Notes: a model not told the origin generated them from the letters alone. A stretch of DNA of 64,000 nt from Marsupella aquatica (GCA_973895155.1 OZ316896.1:4655925-4719924); one strand, 5' to 3'; shown: positions 1 through 13,988, counted from the stretch's first letter. Translations and numbers: made by a program.

Positions 1-145
1 AAGATGAAGATTCATCTTCCTTTTTGCCGAGTATGTAATTATTCCAATATTTGGGGGTTTAATACAATGTTGTGAGTGAAAATTTTAGTATTTTCTGACT
101 GTTGCGTGAGTGAACATACATGCTGTGCTATAATCGCAGGTGTAC

Positions 146-318
146 AGCATGCATACTTATCACACAATTGAGGGTGACTTTACATGACTTCATTTGGGGC
201 ACTTATAACGGTACCAAAGCAAACTGAGAGCCAGCATGCATACTTATCACACAATTGAGGGTGACTTTACATGACTTCATTGGGGGCACTTATAACGGTA
301 CCAAAGCAACTGAGAGCC
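146..318. repeat. Tandem duplication, ~87 bp x2
   Basis: cagcatgcatacttatcacacaattgagggtgactttacatgacttcatt...ctgagagcc occurs twice head to tail, nearly identical. Confidence 0.85.
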
Positions 319-1129
319 ACCGCTTGCAAGTCCAACCCTAAAATCTTTTGACAGGCCGGGAGTTCAATAAATGGGAATCCCCTCAAATGAAAGGAGCCAA
401 AGTTTGGAAATGCTCAAGAACACTTGTGGAAATGATCTAAGATTCTAGTGAAAAAACAGCACCCTACATTAGGATTTACTTGGGCCCAGGCATTGCTTGC
501 CTTGTGGGATCTCTAGACAAGATATCTGAATTACACTCTTTACAGTATTTAGTCTCACACACTCTAATTACTGTGAGGTTATATTTGAGGTAAGTGACGG
601 TAATTAGGGTGTGTGACACTAAATAATATGGTATGACACTAATTATGGTCACATGTCAAATAGTGTCACACACACTTATTAAAACAAATAGAAGGGACGA
701 TAGTCAAAACTTGCTAATAAAAAATTAAAAATGTACACAATATTTTATTACAATTTACAAAATTTACTACTCAAACATTGAGAAAACTTTAGAAACTTAT
801 CTCCTTCCATATACTACTCAAACATTGAACAAAATTCATAAATTTATAACTCACAAATTGCAGTTTGGGGTACTCAACCACATTGAGCAAACATTCAAGA
901 TCTGTTTGATTCAATCACTTCTATCAACTACGAATAACACATGTTGAAGCTACGAACTAACATCCTTTTCACTCTCCTACAACCTGTCCCTTGTGTCCCC
1001 GCTTGTGTCTCATCCTTGCAAGACGGCATACAGCCCCAAGAGAAGTGGGTTGAGCCGGCTCTTCACCTGGTTCACCAACATCAGGAGCCACTTCAACAGT
1101 AGCATCAATGTCAAAGCCAACTCGACTCC

Positions 1130-1507
1130 CTTCAAAATTCACTTGATACTTTACTATATGATATTCTGAAGCTTAGGTGTAAATTGATTTTCAGACTATA
1201 CACCATTCACATTTAGAGACAAACCGGTGTTTATCATTGAATTTTGTGCACAAGACATGTCATGTGTGTCAACATAACTATTCAGCTCAGCTACAAAGTC
1301 CCTTGCCAATGACAAAAACCAATGTTTGCCTGGATTTATTAATTTCCCAGATGTGCTCCGTGTCCCGGTCCCCACATTTTTTGGGTCTTCATTTATCATT
1401 TTTTGAAGTGCAACGAGGATAAGCCAAAGGAGATGCAGATTAATTACCAGTGACATTTTGACATAGTGTTGATTCTCTCTTGGATTCTCTTTCCCTTGGT
1501 CTAGCAA
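1130..1507 (-). pseudogene. Degenerate, probably transposon-derived coding fragment
   Basis: ORF 1196-1507 (GKHWFLSLARDFVAELNSY...SMINTGLSLNVNGV) continues past a stop. It resembles repeat-derived protein fragments from memory only; family not established. Confidence 0.25.
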
Positions 1508-4500
1508 ATCCAGCTATGATGGCCAATCCATTCCCGCCATGTTATCAATATGTCAACCTCCTTTCACAAAGACTGACAAGCTAAAACACAAAAAAGCTTT
1601 CTAAGAACATGCACACAAAGAGATGTCACTGGTAGTCTGGATAACTTTGGAGTGGGTCCAGTTTAGGGTTACCACCAATAACATTATTACCTCTAATCAT
1701 CAATATTTTTCAATATGTTAATTTATTTTTCAAAATTAGGGGTGACAGTAAATAGTGTCACTTGGCTGAAAATCAAGGGCTACATCTAATTACTGTGTGT
1801 GATACTAATTGTTAGTGACACTAATTGTTTCATGACACTAAACCAAGGAAGACCAAAGGGCAACCCAATGAAAAGGGGGAACAGGATAAGAAGGAAAATC
1901 AGGGAAGACTTAACAGAGGCAAGGGGCCCTAGCGACTTCTGACTTGTAAAAGCCACTCTACCAACCATGCATTAAGGAATTCGAAAGCAGCAGAGAGAAG
2001 ATCCTGCTATCCAATAAGCTTAGAGAGGGCCGGGCATGTTGTGCAGTCTTCATCTCATTATCATGTTGTTCACAGTCTAGCTCAATAAGTACTCGTGTAT
2101 GCACAAAACAATGATGTTGGTGCAATGAAAGATGTCATAAATCAAAATGTGTTGTGCACAAAGATGTCATTGCCTAAAAGTGATTGTTGGGTTCAGGGTT
2201 TCATTGTGTTGTGAAGAAAAAAACCTTATAATTATGTGAAAGAAGTTGTTGCATAAAGAATGTAGTTTCTGGGCAGGAGGTAGGTGAGTGCCCAAGAAAG
2301 AGTGAAAGAAAGGCAGAGGTCGTCAGCAGCCAAGAGGGGCAGCAGAGGTCTAGGGCAGGGCTTCCATAAGAAAAAGTGGCAAATTTCACTTTTCGTAGGT
2401 TTGTAGGATGCTGGCAAATTTCACAAAGAGGATGCGATAAGGATTGACATGATTGAGTGGACCATGTTTTCGACTTTGTGCGTGCCCCTGTATTGGCGTC
2501 TCTTTGTGCCTCCTTTTTCCAGTTTCTTTGTGCCTCTTCCTTGTTCTGCTACCTTCCCAGTTTCTTTTGGCCCTGCAATTAAGTTGCACGACGACCAATG
2601 TATAAAAAAGCCGCGGTGCATATTACTATACTTTTTAATTGCCATAAAATCATGCCAAAAACTAAAAGCTCACACTGACATGAGAGTAGGTACCAACTGA
2701 TCGGCAGTAGGTGTTGCTAGACATCGAGGGGTTCAAAGTCCCTTCAAAGATATTACTTCAAATTCATATTTGTAAAAGTGATTATGATTTTAGTTTAGGT
2801 GTTTCTTACATGGCCTTATTTTTCCTCACTCCTTGTTTGTTTACAGGCTAGATTCAAACTTGCCAAATCTTTTGTGCCGTACGGTGTATAGTAAGTGAGA
2901 GGAGGGGACTTCCATACTGCCATCAAGAATAGAGCACTTAACGGGTGGAATTATCTAAATTTTTCTGATGGCCTAAAGCGCACAGGCCAGGTTTTTGTTT
3001 TTTATCTTCACTCATCATAAAAAAAATTTGATCATTTGGGCCTTTGGGTGCGTTTCTTACTTTGAGCAAAACATTGACATGAGACTTACTCCCACATTTC
3101 ACTCAGGAGTGTCTTAGGTAGCGTGAAACATGACAAGGACAAATAAATGAACAAGAAATGTCAATAAAGTGGGGTGAAGAGTGACATATTTTTAGACTTA
3201 CGGTGCAAGTTTTTCATATAATACTTTGCGTCATTGAATTCTGGGGTTTGTACATCTCCCTCAATGCACATGTAAGTGAGAATTATACTCTACGTTTCTT
3301 GCTTGTAGCAATACATAGGAGTTCTATGGAAGTCTGCTTCTCGAAAACGGAAAGTGATTAGAGAGTATGAAAATTAGTTGCTGGGGCCAATCCAACCGCC
3401 CTCTTGCCGCGTCCCCACTGGAGCACCTGGTCGGGTCTCAAACCTTACATCACATGAGTGCACGTGAATTTGGAATGGACGCTACCTTCTTCAAGAAGGT
3501 GTCAAGAAGCACTCGGGCATGCCAAAGCCAAAAGAACCATCGACCAAAGTTTTTAAAGTGAGCACCTAATTGCATGATTCATCATCTACAGATTCCCACG
3601 TCATCGTCCAACATACCCTTTTGTGGTATTTGTCAGCAGGACCTACCATCTGAACGGCTCACACCTTCCCATTGAGGCATACCAATCCTCAGACCGTCCA
3701 TTGTGAAGCCGTGTGAACCCTAAAAGTTGACAATCCTATTATTAGAAAAAGGTTCTTTTTCTTTTGTTTTCTTTTTTCGGTGACCAGTCTTTGAGCTGAA
3801 AAGTGAGGTATTTTGGAGATGGAAAGCAGTGCTTATCCCTAATTGTTCGCAGCCTGATCCACTGTCCACTGAATTTTTATTAAATTTTGTTTTAGTGTCA
3901 GTGTATTTTAGAATGAAATAGAGGTATGCGTGCTCCAGGCTTAGTTTCGCGGGTTGTTTCCACGAAGGTCATTCCTCCCCCCTCCCCCCCACCCCACCCC
4001 CCAATCCACGTCAGTTGGATTTGTCATCAGTATAAAATATCAGCTTAATTAGACAGCGTAACTTTTTTTCTTGTTTTTTCCTTTCTCTACTCTAAACGGA
4101 AAAACAAGAATTTTTCCAGCCCTGGACAAAAATATGGTCTACAAGGGTCCTGGTGAATGTAAAAGGAGATTTCATACAAACATTGCAAAGGTGAGCAAAA
4201 ACTTGTGACAATACATTCAATTGGTTGATGCCAATTTTAGCAGTCCATCCGAGTATCCGATCTGAGGTGACCGTCTGTGGGAGCCCTGTTGTCTACGTCT
4301 TCTGCTTCGGATTTTGTACCAACCTGCTGGGAGAAATTTGCATTGTTTCCAAAGGGGAGTGAGATTGTTCATGACATTCCGTTGGAGCAAATGTTTACAA
4401 AGGTTCTGATGGTTGCCCATTGTCTTCTAGACAACGACTCATGCACTTCTGTTGATAACTTTGTTAACGAGGACCATGAAGGATCCATGGTGTTTTCAAT

Positions 4501-7352
4501 CTTGAGCTGCCCACTTCTATGGAAAAAAGCTCCTTACGTTAGAGGACAAGGCCAATGTGGCAACATTGCATAATTACCCGTGGGTGGGTTGTTGCAATAT
4601 GTTATACCCCCATTGGACAGTTGTTGAGAGGGATTTTGTCACTACACTATTGCAAGCTTACCAGTGTAGTATTTGTACTTTTTTTGTGATACCAGTATGT
4701 CTAACTTAGTAGCACATCAAATAGCGCAGATACTCTAAAGCGTGCTACGCACAGAAACTGAAAATTGATTGAAAGCATTGCAGACCAAGTGCAACATATA
4801 TAGGAAAATTGAGTTCCTTTTGTTACATGGTTAGCGAAAAGATGCTCGATCATAGCACCTAAGGGCGTCGAGCAGATTACACGGGAAAAAGTGATTAAAT
4901 GAATGAATCACAGGAATGAGCCACACATGATGAATGAGTCTACAGGAATGAATCACACATGAATGAATTCACAGGAAAAAGTAATAGAAATTAAAGTTAT
5001 ATCAATACTTGTGTACATGACAACCTAGCAAACCCCAAACAATATATTAATGCTTGAATGGACCACTCCTCTGAACCTTGGCCATATGGATTAGTTTAGA
5101 TTTGACCAAAAAAAAGTGGACTTTTTATAACAAAGGAAAAATTTATCTCATTATAAATTGATCAATCCCGCCCATAGAGGCATGGCGTGTGGTAGTTCAT
5201 TTGAGTTGAACTCATAAGTCTAGAGTTTAAGTGTATGGCCGTCTCACCCTATTGATTGGGAAAAGTTACTTCGTCATGTCACAAAATAAAACAGTGTGGT
5301 GTCAGGTTGTCTTAATCTATGTTGTAGGGTGTCATCCTCAATTTTGCAATTTTTTTTAAATAGTGTGGCCTGTCGATTTGGAGGATTTTCTCTTTTGCAG
5401 CTTCCCATTCTTTCCATCATTCTCCTTTTCGAATGAGTCAACACCTTTTAACTGTACTCATGGAGCTGGTCCAATGCATGATTGAGTAATTCCATTGGGA
5501 GATTATCTAGGGGTGGAAGTTGATGAAAGCTTGCGGTGGGAGGTGGGCAAACGTATCCTTTCGTTCTTTCAAGAGCTACATCAAAAAATATAACTTGTAC
5601 AAAAACAGCCAAACAAATTACAATGAGGGGAAAGGAAAAGGGGTCCAAAGAGGGCAGACACCAAACACTAAAGAAAAGGCAAATGCAACCCTATAAACCC
5701 AGAAAGAGGAAGAAGGACAAACAAGCTGCCACTGATGCTGATGGTCTGCATCTACTGCAAAAGTGTCAAGACCCAAAGGACCCAAAGATCTCCTGCTAGA
5801 GGCAAGAAACCTGGTGGGAGCTCAAAATCTGTAGGACTCCAGCACATGATGTAGATCAAAGTGTACATCATGATTTTAATGACGTGCCCTTTCAGGTTAA
5901 CTAGCCCCAACTACCCGTTCTTTGAACATGAATAGCGAAGAGGACAATAAAAATTTCATCAAAATATATTCTCTATTCATATTCTTTGAATGTTAATAGA
6001 ATGATAAAAAACTCATCATTTTAATAATCATATATAATATATCATTGGGGGCTTGAAGTGGTCTATCCCCTAGTCTCAAATTTTTCAGAAATTCTAAGTG
6101 AAGATATGCAAATAGATACAAAACCCCAACATTTAGGGCACATCATTCTTTTTGTATGCACATTCATATGAATTTTTCACATGCACATGATAGCCATATT
6201 CTTTGAAGGTAAATAAAATGATAAAAAAAACTATCATTTTTAATAATCATATATAATATATGTACCATTTTTCTTTATGTGCATATTATTATTTTTGTAT
6301 GCACATCCATATGAGTTTTTCACATACACATGATGACCATAGAGTTAGGGTCTAGAGGTTTCACTCTAGACCTAGGCTCTTCACAGTAAACTTCAGTTGG
6401 CGTTTTTATAGTAAGTTTGCAATGAGTGAGCAACCTTTAGGAGCAAGTTAGTAGATTTACACCACTCTCACTCAACTCTCAACAATTAAAAAAATTAAAG
6501 GTCGAGACAGTTGTACTTGTATCCATGATTCTGTGACACTTCCCAATCTGCACAAATAAAAATTGAACAAGATCGATCTTACTGAGGACCGTAACCTTAA
6601 GTTTGCATTTTGTAACTTTTCAAAAGGCCTTGTAGGCCGAGAGAACCTCCATTATATATTCTGACCAGCACATGCAATGTCAGAGTCTTGCGCAGTATTG
6701 TCAAGCAAAAATTAAATGACCAGGCAGTGGGATGTAGTGGGAGTAGGCAAGTTGGACGCCCGGTTCACTTGGCCAAGCAACTCGATTTCAAGGACCAGGT
6801 GCAAGCTGTGCAAGATGTGGAGATTGAGTGATATGTTGGGCCCATCTCATGGTTGAGGAAAAAATATCCTAAATTATATCTGTTGCTCACTTTTTTTTGG
6901 TAGTGGTAGGGCAAAAAAATTTAAAAATCTGGTCAAAGGTAAGGGATAAAGACAAAATGTGAATTGAGTTTAGTGTGAATCACAAAAAGTTGCCCCATTG
7001 TCCAAGACAAACAAGAATAATCATACGATACACCAACAATTTAACGAAAAAGTGAGACTTTAACAGGAAGATCAATGCACAAGGATCAAGGAGGATAGTC
7101 CCTCCATGATTCATGTAAGGAAGTATTGTATCTACTCACATGCAAGTATTAAATATTGTATATATATGTAATATTGTGTGTAGCACAGTCTTGTATAATA
7201 TTGGTAAGAGTAATTTAATTGCTAATAATATTTTAGTCAATAGAGTATTGCATATATTAATCAATAAAAAAAAGTTCTCCCAATATTTGTGGTGATTTTT
7301 AGAGTCAATTTGTTTTTTGTCTTGAACAGAAATGGGGAGTAAATACAATTAG

Positions 7353-7637
7353 ACTCCCCCCACCCCAATGTGACAGTTTTTCCTGTAGGGAACCCAGACC
7401 AGGGTGAGCCCCAATGGATCCGACAGGGACCCGCACCCGGAAGGAGACTGAGAGGATTACATCAGGGCCACAAAGTGGGCAACCAGGGGCCGAACAGATA
7501 ATCAGAACTCCAATCCACTACCCACAAAACCCATCCCACCCACACACACATACCCTCCACACCCCAGTGTGTGGAGGGGGGATTGAACCTGGGACCTCTC
7601 AGTTCCAAGCAAATCCCCTAGCCAATTGACCTAAGCC
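7353..7637 (-). mobile_element. Putative tRNA-derived SINE
   Basis: The minus-strand 5' end has A-box-like TAGGTCAATTGG and B-box GGTTCAATCC in tRNA-like spacing, followed by ~200 bp of non-tRNA body. It is flanked by (c)aattag at 7346-7352 and 7637-7643, a possible TSD. Confidence 0.5.
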
Positions 7638-8157
7638 AATTAGTTTTTTTAGAGTCATTCACAATGTTACTTTCAATGCCAAAAACAAAAATAATATAGC
7701 CCAAAGACATAGTGAAGCGCATGGCACGGGTGTTCATGGCAAGGTGTCGGACGAGTGGCACACTCACAATGTAGGGCAAACCCTAAACCCAAAACCTATA
7801 ATATAATGTTGCGCCAATTTATAGAGTGGTAGTCATTCAAATGGGGACATTTTAGGTAAACAAAACAAAACAAGAAAAAGACAAGGACAAAACCCCAATT
7901 TAAGGAAAACCAAACTTTGGAAATTCCGAAAATCACTAAATATTATTATTTTAATAAAAAGGGGGCAACATGACGCGTGGCTGCGCGTGAAACCCTGAAA
8001 ATGACTGCAACGTCACATTTTAACCAATCCAACTTGACGGGACCAAGAGACATGCTCACGCGAATAATAATAATAGAGAAATAAATTTTTGAGATCCTTT
8101 ATATATGATAACCAGTATATAAGGAGTTTACAAATAGTTTCTAGAACGACATACAAA

Positions 8158-8884
8158 TTAATCTGATCTCATGCCGACTATTATTTTGGAAGCGTCCAAA
8201 ATTGGGCGTCTGTTAAATTGCTCTACTAGATATCTATCTCCATGCCTCTGAATCACAGAGTCTTCCCATAGAGTATGATTATAATCATAATCTCTAAAAA
8301 AAGATTTAACTGACCAATCTGGATAATCTCTTCCATTGGCAATGACAAGCGGCTCACAAGAGTTTGCTAGCTTGCTAAGATACGAAATCAGCAAGTTAAT
8401 CAGGAAACTGTCGTTGACCGACCCAAAATATTTGGGCGAAAATAATGATCCAACAACAGGATCTAAACAAGCATGAAATGCATCGGATTCGATAAGCATT
8501 ATATTTTGCTGTAGATACGCCTTCGTATAAATTCCAACCTTCTCAAAACATTTAAAAAATATTCGCTTATTTGATGTCACCCCATCGCATAAGTAACAAT
8601 GAGACTGATCCCAAATATACTTAAATGAGGCCATTTCCATCGCAGTAAAAAAAGATGCTAAAATCTGATCTAAAAGGTTCTTCCCAAGAGAGGACCAGAT
8701 CCCTACATCGAAATTCTCAAAACAGAATCTCAAGAATTCATGAAGATGAGGCCTTGGAAAAACGTATATATTCCCAATCCGAATTCCAGTTGAGACCGCC
8801 ATCAGTCGGGAATGCGGTGCAGAAACAGAGTAGATGCTCCACGTCTAAAACTATGAGCCCATTTTCTCTGCTGCAATGAATCTC
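8158..8884 (-). pseudogene. FCP1/NIF-like HAD domain, copy 3 (cargo exon, frameshifted)
   Basis: LIVLDVEHLL in the 8738-9079 frame, then PRPHLHEFLRFCFENFDVGIWSS...IWDQSHC...IMLIES in the 8158-8802 frame. In-frame GT-AG intron 8885-8976 links it to copy 2. Confidence 0.75.
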
Positions 8885-8970
8885 CTGAAGAGAAACACAA
8901 GAAGATGCATGAGCCCGTATGGATGTAGTCACGCGAATGGTCGCGTCACATATTATAGAGAAAACATCCT

Positions 8971-9678
8971 CTACACTCTGGCCATTGATAAGTGACGTCT
9001 GTTGAAGTGCTTGATAAGAACTTGATCTGCATGTCTCTGCACGTACAGATGCTCCCATATATCCTCGTTCAGATCCCAATCTCGATATAGATTTCTAATC
9101 GACCAGATGGGATAATCGAACTTGTTAGCAAACGCAAGACAAAGCCCTGAATTTGATAGCTTTCGTAAATATGGAATGAGGTCATCCCTCAAAAAGACAT
9201 CATCCAACGATCCTTGAAACGACTTAGCGAACAATAATCCGCATACAGCTGTCTGGCATGTATGGGAAGGACAGGCATCAATCTGGATTATATTCTCTGG
9301 TCGATAATCTTGAAACATATCACGTAGTCTCTCGATAGATTTGAAGACAACAGTCTTATAATTTTTCTTCACATAACCAAGATTCCAGCAATGATCCCGC
9401 GTGAACACATATATCAACTGCGACAGGTCGGTGCTCGACAACACTTCTGAAAGTATCTGATAAACCAGTTTATCGTCGAGAATAGACCAGACCATCACAT
9501 CAAAATGATCATAACATAATTTTATAAGATCATGAAGATGCAGCCTCGGAACGACACATAGAGATCCGATACGAATTCCGGGTGTCGACTTGAGCTGAGG
9601 AGTATATTTTGAAACAGAGCACAGGAAGTTTTCCAATCCTAAAACTAGAAGTTGACGCGACCTGCTCCACTTAGACAC
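8971..9678 (-). CDS. FCP1/NIF-like HAD domain, copy 2 (cargo exon)
   Basis: PRLHLHDLIKLCYDHFDVMVWS...VFKSIERL...ENIIQID; paralogous to copies 1 and 3; the motif-I Asp is replaced (LLVLGLEN). Confidence 0.75.
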   Translation of the reverse strand: MSKWSRSRQLLVLGLENFLCSVSKYTPQLKSTPGIRIGSLCVVPRLHLHDLIKLCYDHFDVMVWSILDDKLVYQILSEVLSSTDLSQLIYVFTRDHCWNLGYVKKNYKTVVFKSIERLRDMFQDYRPENIIQIDACPSHTCQTAVCGLLFAKSFQGSLDDVFLRDDLIPYLRKLSNSGLCLAFANKFDYPIWSIRNLYRDWDLNEDIWEHLYVQRHADQVLIKHFNRRHLSMARV

Positions 9679-9803
9679 CTGTAAATGAACAATTCGATTC
9701 TCATATTATGCAATTGCAAACAACCACGCGACCGGGCGCGTCACTCCCAAAAGTTCAATTTCAATCAATTTATAAATAATAATTGATAATAAACAATAAA
9801 CGT

Positions 9804-10711
9804 TTACTTATTGGACTTATCCCGGGCTTCTATAGCACGGTCTTTTTCGGCAGATAAGTATTTCATAAATTTGTCAAACTTTTCTAAATGGTCTTTATTC
9901 CCCTGATTACGAATGATCACGTTTCTCCTCCAAAGATTCGTCTTATCAATATAATCTTTCTCAAGATTTTCTTGAGAGAACGTTGGAATCCCATATCCAC
10001 TAAGGAGCTCGCGGAATGTCAACTTGTCAATTGACATGTCGCATAGATATGGATATAGTTTCTTTCTAAAAAATAGGTCATCATCAAGCCCAGAATATGC
10101 ATCGGGATACAACGATGAATAGAAGTCATTAAGGCTCGTCTTATATGCAGCGTCATCGATAAGAATGACATTCTCGATGTTGTAATCTTTAATATCGGCG
10201 GCAATGTCCGAGAGACATTTGACAAATAAAGGGATGTCATTATTATTCTTCCCAATAAGTCGAGTTGATTCTTGTCCCCATATAAATTTAATACGTTTCA
10301 AAACTTCGGGTCGAAGTATTAGCCTTACACAAGATAGAATATTTTGTTTGAACATGCACGACCAGATCGCAATGTCGTATAGATCTGCCACCTTCTCAAG
10401 AAATTCCATTAAATCAGGCCTTGGATAGATAACCTTGTGCATCTGTCTCACACCCCTTGACCGAATGGGCATCCCAGGGCTGATCTTCTCTGACCAGATA
10501 AGTACCCGATTCAGATCAAAAATTACAAGTCTCTTCTGAACCGGTGACTTCTTTGCCGATGGATTAGGCGTCATCTGTACCTGTGATTTTTGTGCCACAG
10601 GGTTTGGAGAACGTACTAGAATGGTCTGTTTGTTTCCCGCCTCCAGACGATCACCGGACTTCCGGACTGGTGCCTTCGATACTCGATCAGGGGGTTTCGG
10701 GATCTAGGCTT
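9804..10711 (-). CDS. FCP1/NIF-like HAD phosphatase domain, copy 1 (cargo exon)
   Basis: RLVIFDLNRVL...PRPDLMEFL...IAIWSC...FIWGQE...ENVILIDD, the FCP1-like HAD signature. Confidence 0.8.
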
Positions 10712-10797
10712 CTGTAAAACATTAAGAAATGAAAATAAGTTTATAACGTGAACGGTCGCGTGACTACAAAGAGAGACACTGAAATGAAGTGTATTAC

Positions 10798-11586
10798 CTG
10801 TACAAGACGGTCGTTCAGTGCTGGAATTCCGCTGGAAATGTCAATCATAGCAGCACGGATCCCGGTAACTAGGTTACTTGTGGACGTCGGCTTGCGGAAG
10901 TCCATGTCAAATAACGACAAGACTATCTCCCTACGGAATTTCTCAATTTGATCCGCGGCAAAATTAATTCCGTTTCCTTGACACAAGCACTTGGCGTATC
11001 TCAAGATAAACACACCACAACTATGGCCGTCACTCTGGTGAGGAATATCATTCCGATATATCCGTTCTCAACCTGAGAGATCCAAGTTGACACCAGTTCT
11101 CCAGCCAATTTCGTCGGCGTAGTACTTCCCAATAATATCTAGCACCCCAGGATTTTGTCGATTATGAACTAGAGAATCTAGGTACTCCAGCCGTTTCTCC
11201 TTCGGATACAAGACTACCAATGACCAATGTTCTTTCACAGCATTGTGTACTAGAAAGACCAGTTTCTCGTATTCACTGATTTTTAGCGGAAACTCCTTTG
11301 TCCAAGCTGCTCTCTCCTCGTCGAAAATGGTAGGATCCATGGAGAGAAGCTCAAAATGGTGTGTTTGGAAGAATTTGACAAGGTCTGACTTTCCAACTCT
11401 ATCGTGAATCAGTTCGAGAAAACTCAAATAAGCGTTAATTATATCATCGGTGAGCAACTCGCGCAGTCTCAGACACATCATATGTTTCCTCTTGATCGAG
11501 TGTTGTAAGAACTTGGTCAATAGCTCTTCCATATCCTTAGAAGGATCAAGGCATTGATCTATTCGACTAGCCAAATTTTCAAAAAA
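10798..11586 (-). pseudogene. Ulp1/C48 SUMO-protease domain (cargo exon)
   Basis: LTDDIINAYL, KEHWSLVV (His), YLDSL (Asp), then HQSDGHSCGVF (Gln/Cys) after an in-frame TGA at 11068 (probably TGG>TGA). Confidence 0.85.
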
Positions 11587-11738
11587 CTGCAAAAAATAGA
11601 GATTTCAGTACGCCTTCAAATAACGTACTGAGGTTGTAGCCTAAGGGTTGTAGCCTCAGAAAACAGAAACAATAATAGATCAATAATAAAATAATGACAT
11701 CTATAATAGAAACTTTAAGCTTATAGCTTGCGAATGAC

Positions 11739-12816
11739 CTTTGGATTGGGTGGATCCGGCCTTTTCACAGCTGATCTCTTGGGTGCCTCAATCGCAACAA
11801 CATCCTTCAGCCCTCCTCGAGACCGCAGTGATCGCTCCACCGGACCAGTTTGCGAAGGTTGGAGCGATGAGGCGGGAAGACCTTCAAATGGTTGTGGCAT
11901 TTGATTCAAATATTCCACAATCTGGAATCCGATTCCAAAATATCCGGTGCCACAATTTCTGCGCGAGTCACCTCTGCAATATATCGGGGTCGAGACCACG
12001 AACCCGGTCGCGTCAAGTCAACTGTTAGTCTCTTAACGACTTGAGCCGAGTTTGGTGCCAAAAACATTCCCAGGTCTTGCACTCGATTCTCGGAAAAGCG
12101 GACATTATTGATGATTGTCTCCATTCTGGATGCAGTGGCAGTGTTCTCCTCGGTAATCAAAAGACCCTTCCAATATTGCAAAGCAAGGACTGCCTGGACT
12201 CGGAGCTGCTCCGGTGAATATTTATTCCAATCATCCAACGAGACCGTACTTAAGGGTGGATCGTTAAATTCAAACTCCGGGCGAAGAAAATAGTCTAATA
12301 TTTTCTTCTTAACTGCAATTGAGGGTGAAGAAGGCTTCTTCAAATTCAGCCTTATTTTCGGTAGACGTTGTGCCTCAGGAATAAGCGAAAGATCCTTGGC
12401 CCTCTCGGCCTCCTTCCTCGTTGCCTCCAGTCTTGCGGCTTCTTCTCTCTCCAGTCTTGCGGAATCGACCTTTTCCGCCTCCAACTTCTCTGCCTCCACC
12501 CTCTCCGGTCTTGCGGTCTCGCCCGCCATCCTCTCGGCCAGCAGCCTCTCAGCCGCCACACTCTCCGCCTTGGCCCTATTTTCCTCTGTCACTAAAAGGA
12601 CTCTCGCAGCCTCCGCTTTCTCAGCCTGGGCTTTCTCAGCCTCCGCGTTCTTGGCCTGGGCTTTCTCAGCTTGGGCTTTCTCAGCCTGGGCTTTCTCCGC
12701 CTGGGCTTTCTCAGCCTGGGCTTTCTGAGCCTGGGCTTTCTCGGCCTCCGCTTTCTCAGCCTGGGCTTTACCATTGCTCCCTGCATCCTCAACATTGAAG
12801 CCGCAGTCGACTTGAT
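11739..12816 (-). CDS. Coiled-coil/linker exons with a KAQAE repeat
   Basis: In-frame intron 12817-12944 leads into DQVDCGFNVEDAGSNG(KAQAE)n, then an E/R/A-rich helix (ORF 11906-12592). In-frame intron 11587-11738 leads to the Ulp1 exon. Confidence 0.6.
12606..12768. repeat. 15-bp coding minisatellite (ctgggctttctcagc), ~11 copies
   Basis: Directly visible; the minus strand reads AAAGCCCAGGCTGAG = KAQAE. Confidence 0.9.
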
Positions 12817-12944
12817 CTGAATAAAATCAGATCATTTGATAAGAATGACTCACGCGCATATTCGCGTGAAAAGAAATGTTATGAATGTCCACGCGCATGT
12901 TCGCGTGACGCAATAAAAAGTAAGAGGTTTCAAAAGTAACTTAC

Positions 12945-13988
12945 CTTGGATTGGCCCACTAGGGTACTCCGTTGGTCGAATGTACAATCGATCGGAATCT
13001 TCAGAGAGTGCATACTCTTGCAATAATTGATTACAAATATTATCAGGGATATGTTGTTCGTGGAGGACATCCAAAACATCAGCCCTGAGAGCAGTTACGG
13101 ATGGACGGTACTTCATTAATTTATCTATACATTTTTCTATACTAGCCCGTACTGGGTCAATCAATGACAGCGTTGTATCAATTGTCGCCGTGGTGTGTTG
13201 CAAGAAACAAGACAACCCTATGCGTTGCCATAGGGCAGTAATATTTTACATTGGATCTAGCATCCTGCAAAAAAAGCCAAAATTAGTTCACAATATTAAT
13301 TGAGAATATAATAATCTAAATAATCTTAAAATCGAAACCCCAAAATATAAATCTCAAAACTTACCATTAAGCACTGGATCAAGTTCGTTCCCTCACCAAA
13401 GCATATAGCCCATTCCCCACATTGGACGAATTGACTAACAATACTTTCAAAGAATGGAAGTATCTTTTCTGGGGAAGGTGTCGTGAACTTGCCGCTCTCT
13501 TCAAAATTGGCTATCTTCTCAATCTGATATTTGGAGACCAATTGGAACTCGAGGGCTTGTGGATCGCCCATTGTGCTGAAGGCCAAGCTGTGAAAAGCGT
13601 AGGTTACAATAAGCTTCTTCTCCTTCGGCCGCTTCTGAATATAATGGCTATCGACAGCAACGTAGTGTGTGTACTTCCCTAATTCCCGTTTGATTAAGTA
13701 AGACTCAACGGGAGAGGCTACAATAATAACCACATGGTGTGGTTTTGCCCCTATCTCGCTAGTAGCACGAAATAACCCCTCATAGAATGAGCAATTTGGC
13801 GGACACAAATCTCCCATTGATGAGGGATCAAAATAAATCAAGCTTGCAAGGTTCTTGTCTTCACGTATGATACAGTCTGCAAACCCAACATTTTGTATAT
13901 CCTGCAGGGATCGCAATTTCAGCCTCTCACCGACCGGCCGCACTAGTTGGTTTCCTTGACTATCAACTGATTTTTGTATTCCTTCCAC
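12945..13988 (-). pseudogene. Degenerate beta-class N6-adenine/N4-cytosine DNA methyltransferase-like domain
   Basis: ASLIYFDPSS sits where the DPPY motif IV is expected and is followed by PEKILPFFESIVSQFVQCGEWAICFGEG, resembling the xKP...GxxVLDxFxGxG SAM-binding segment in beta-class order. Pattern recognition only. Confidence 0.45.

Noticed and set aside
12368-12798. Overlapping ORFs (AWAFS, RKPRL, QPGLS repeats)
   Set aside because: Shadow frames of the 15-bp repeat; the splice phase supports only the KAQAE frame
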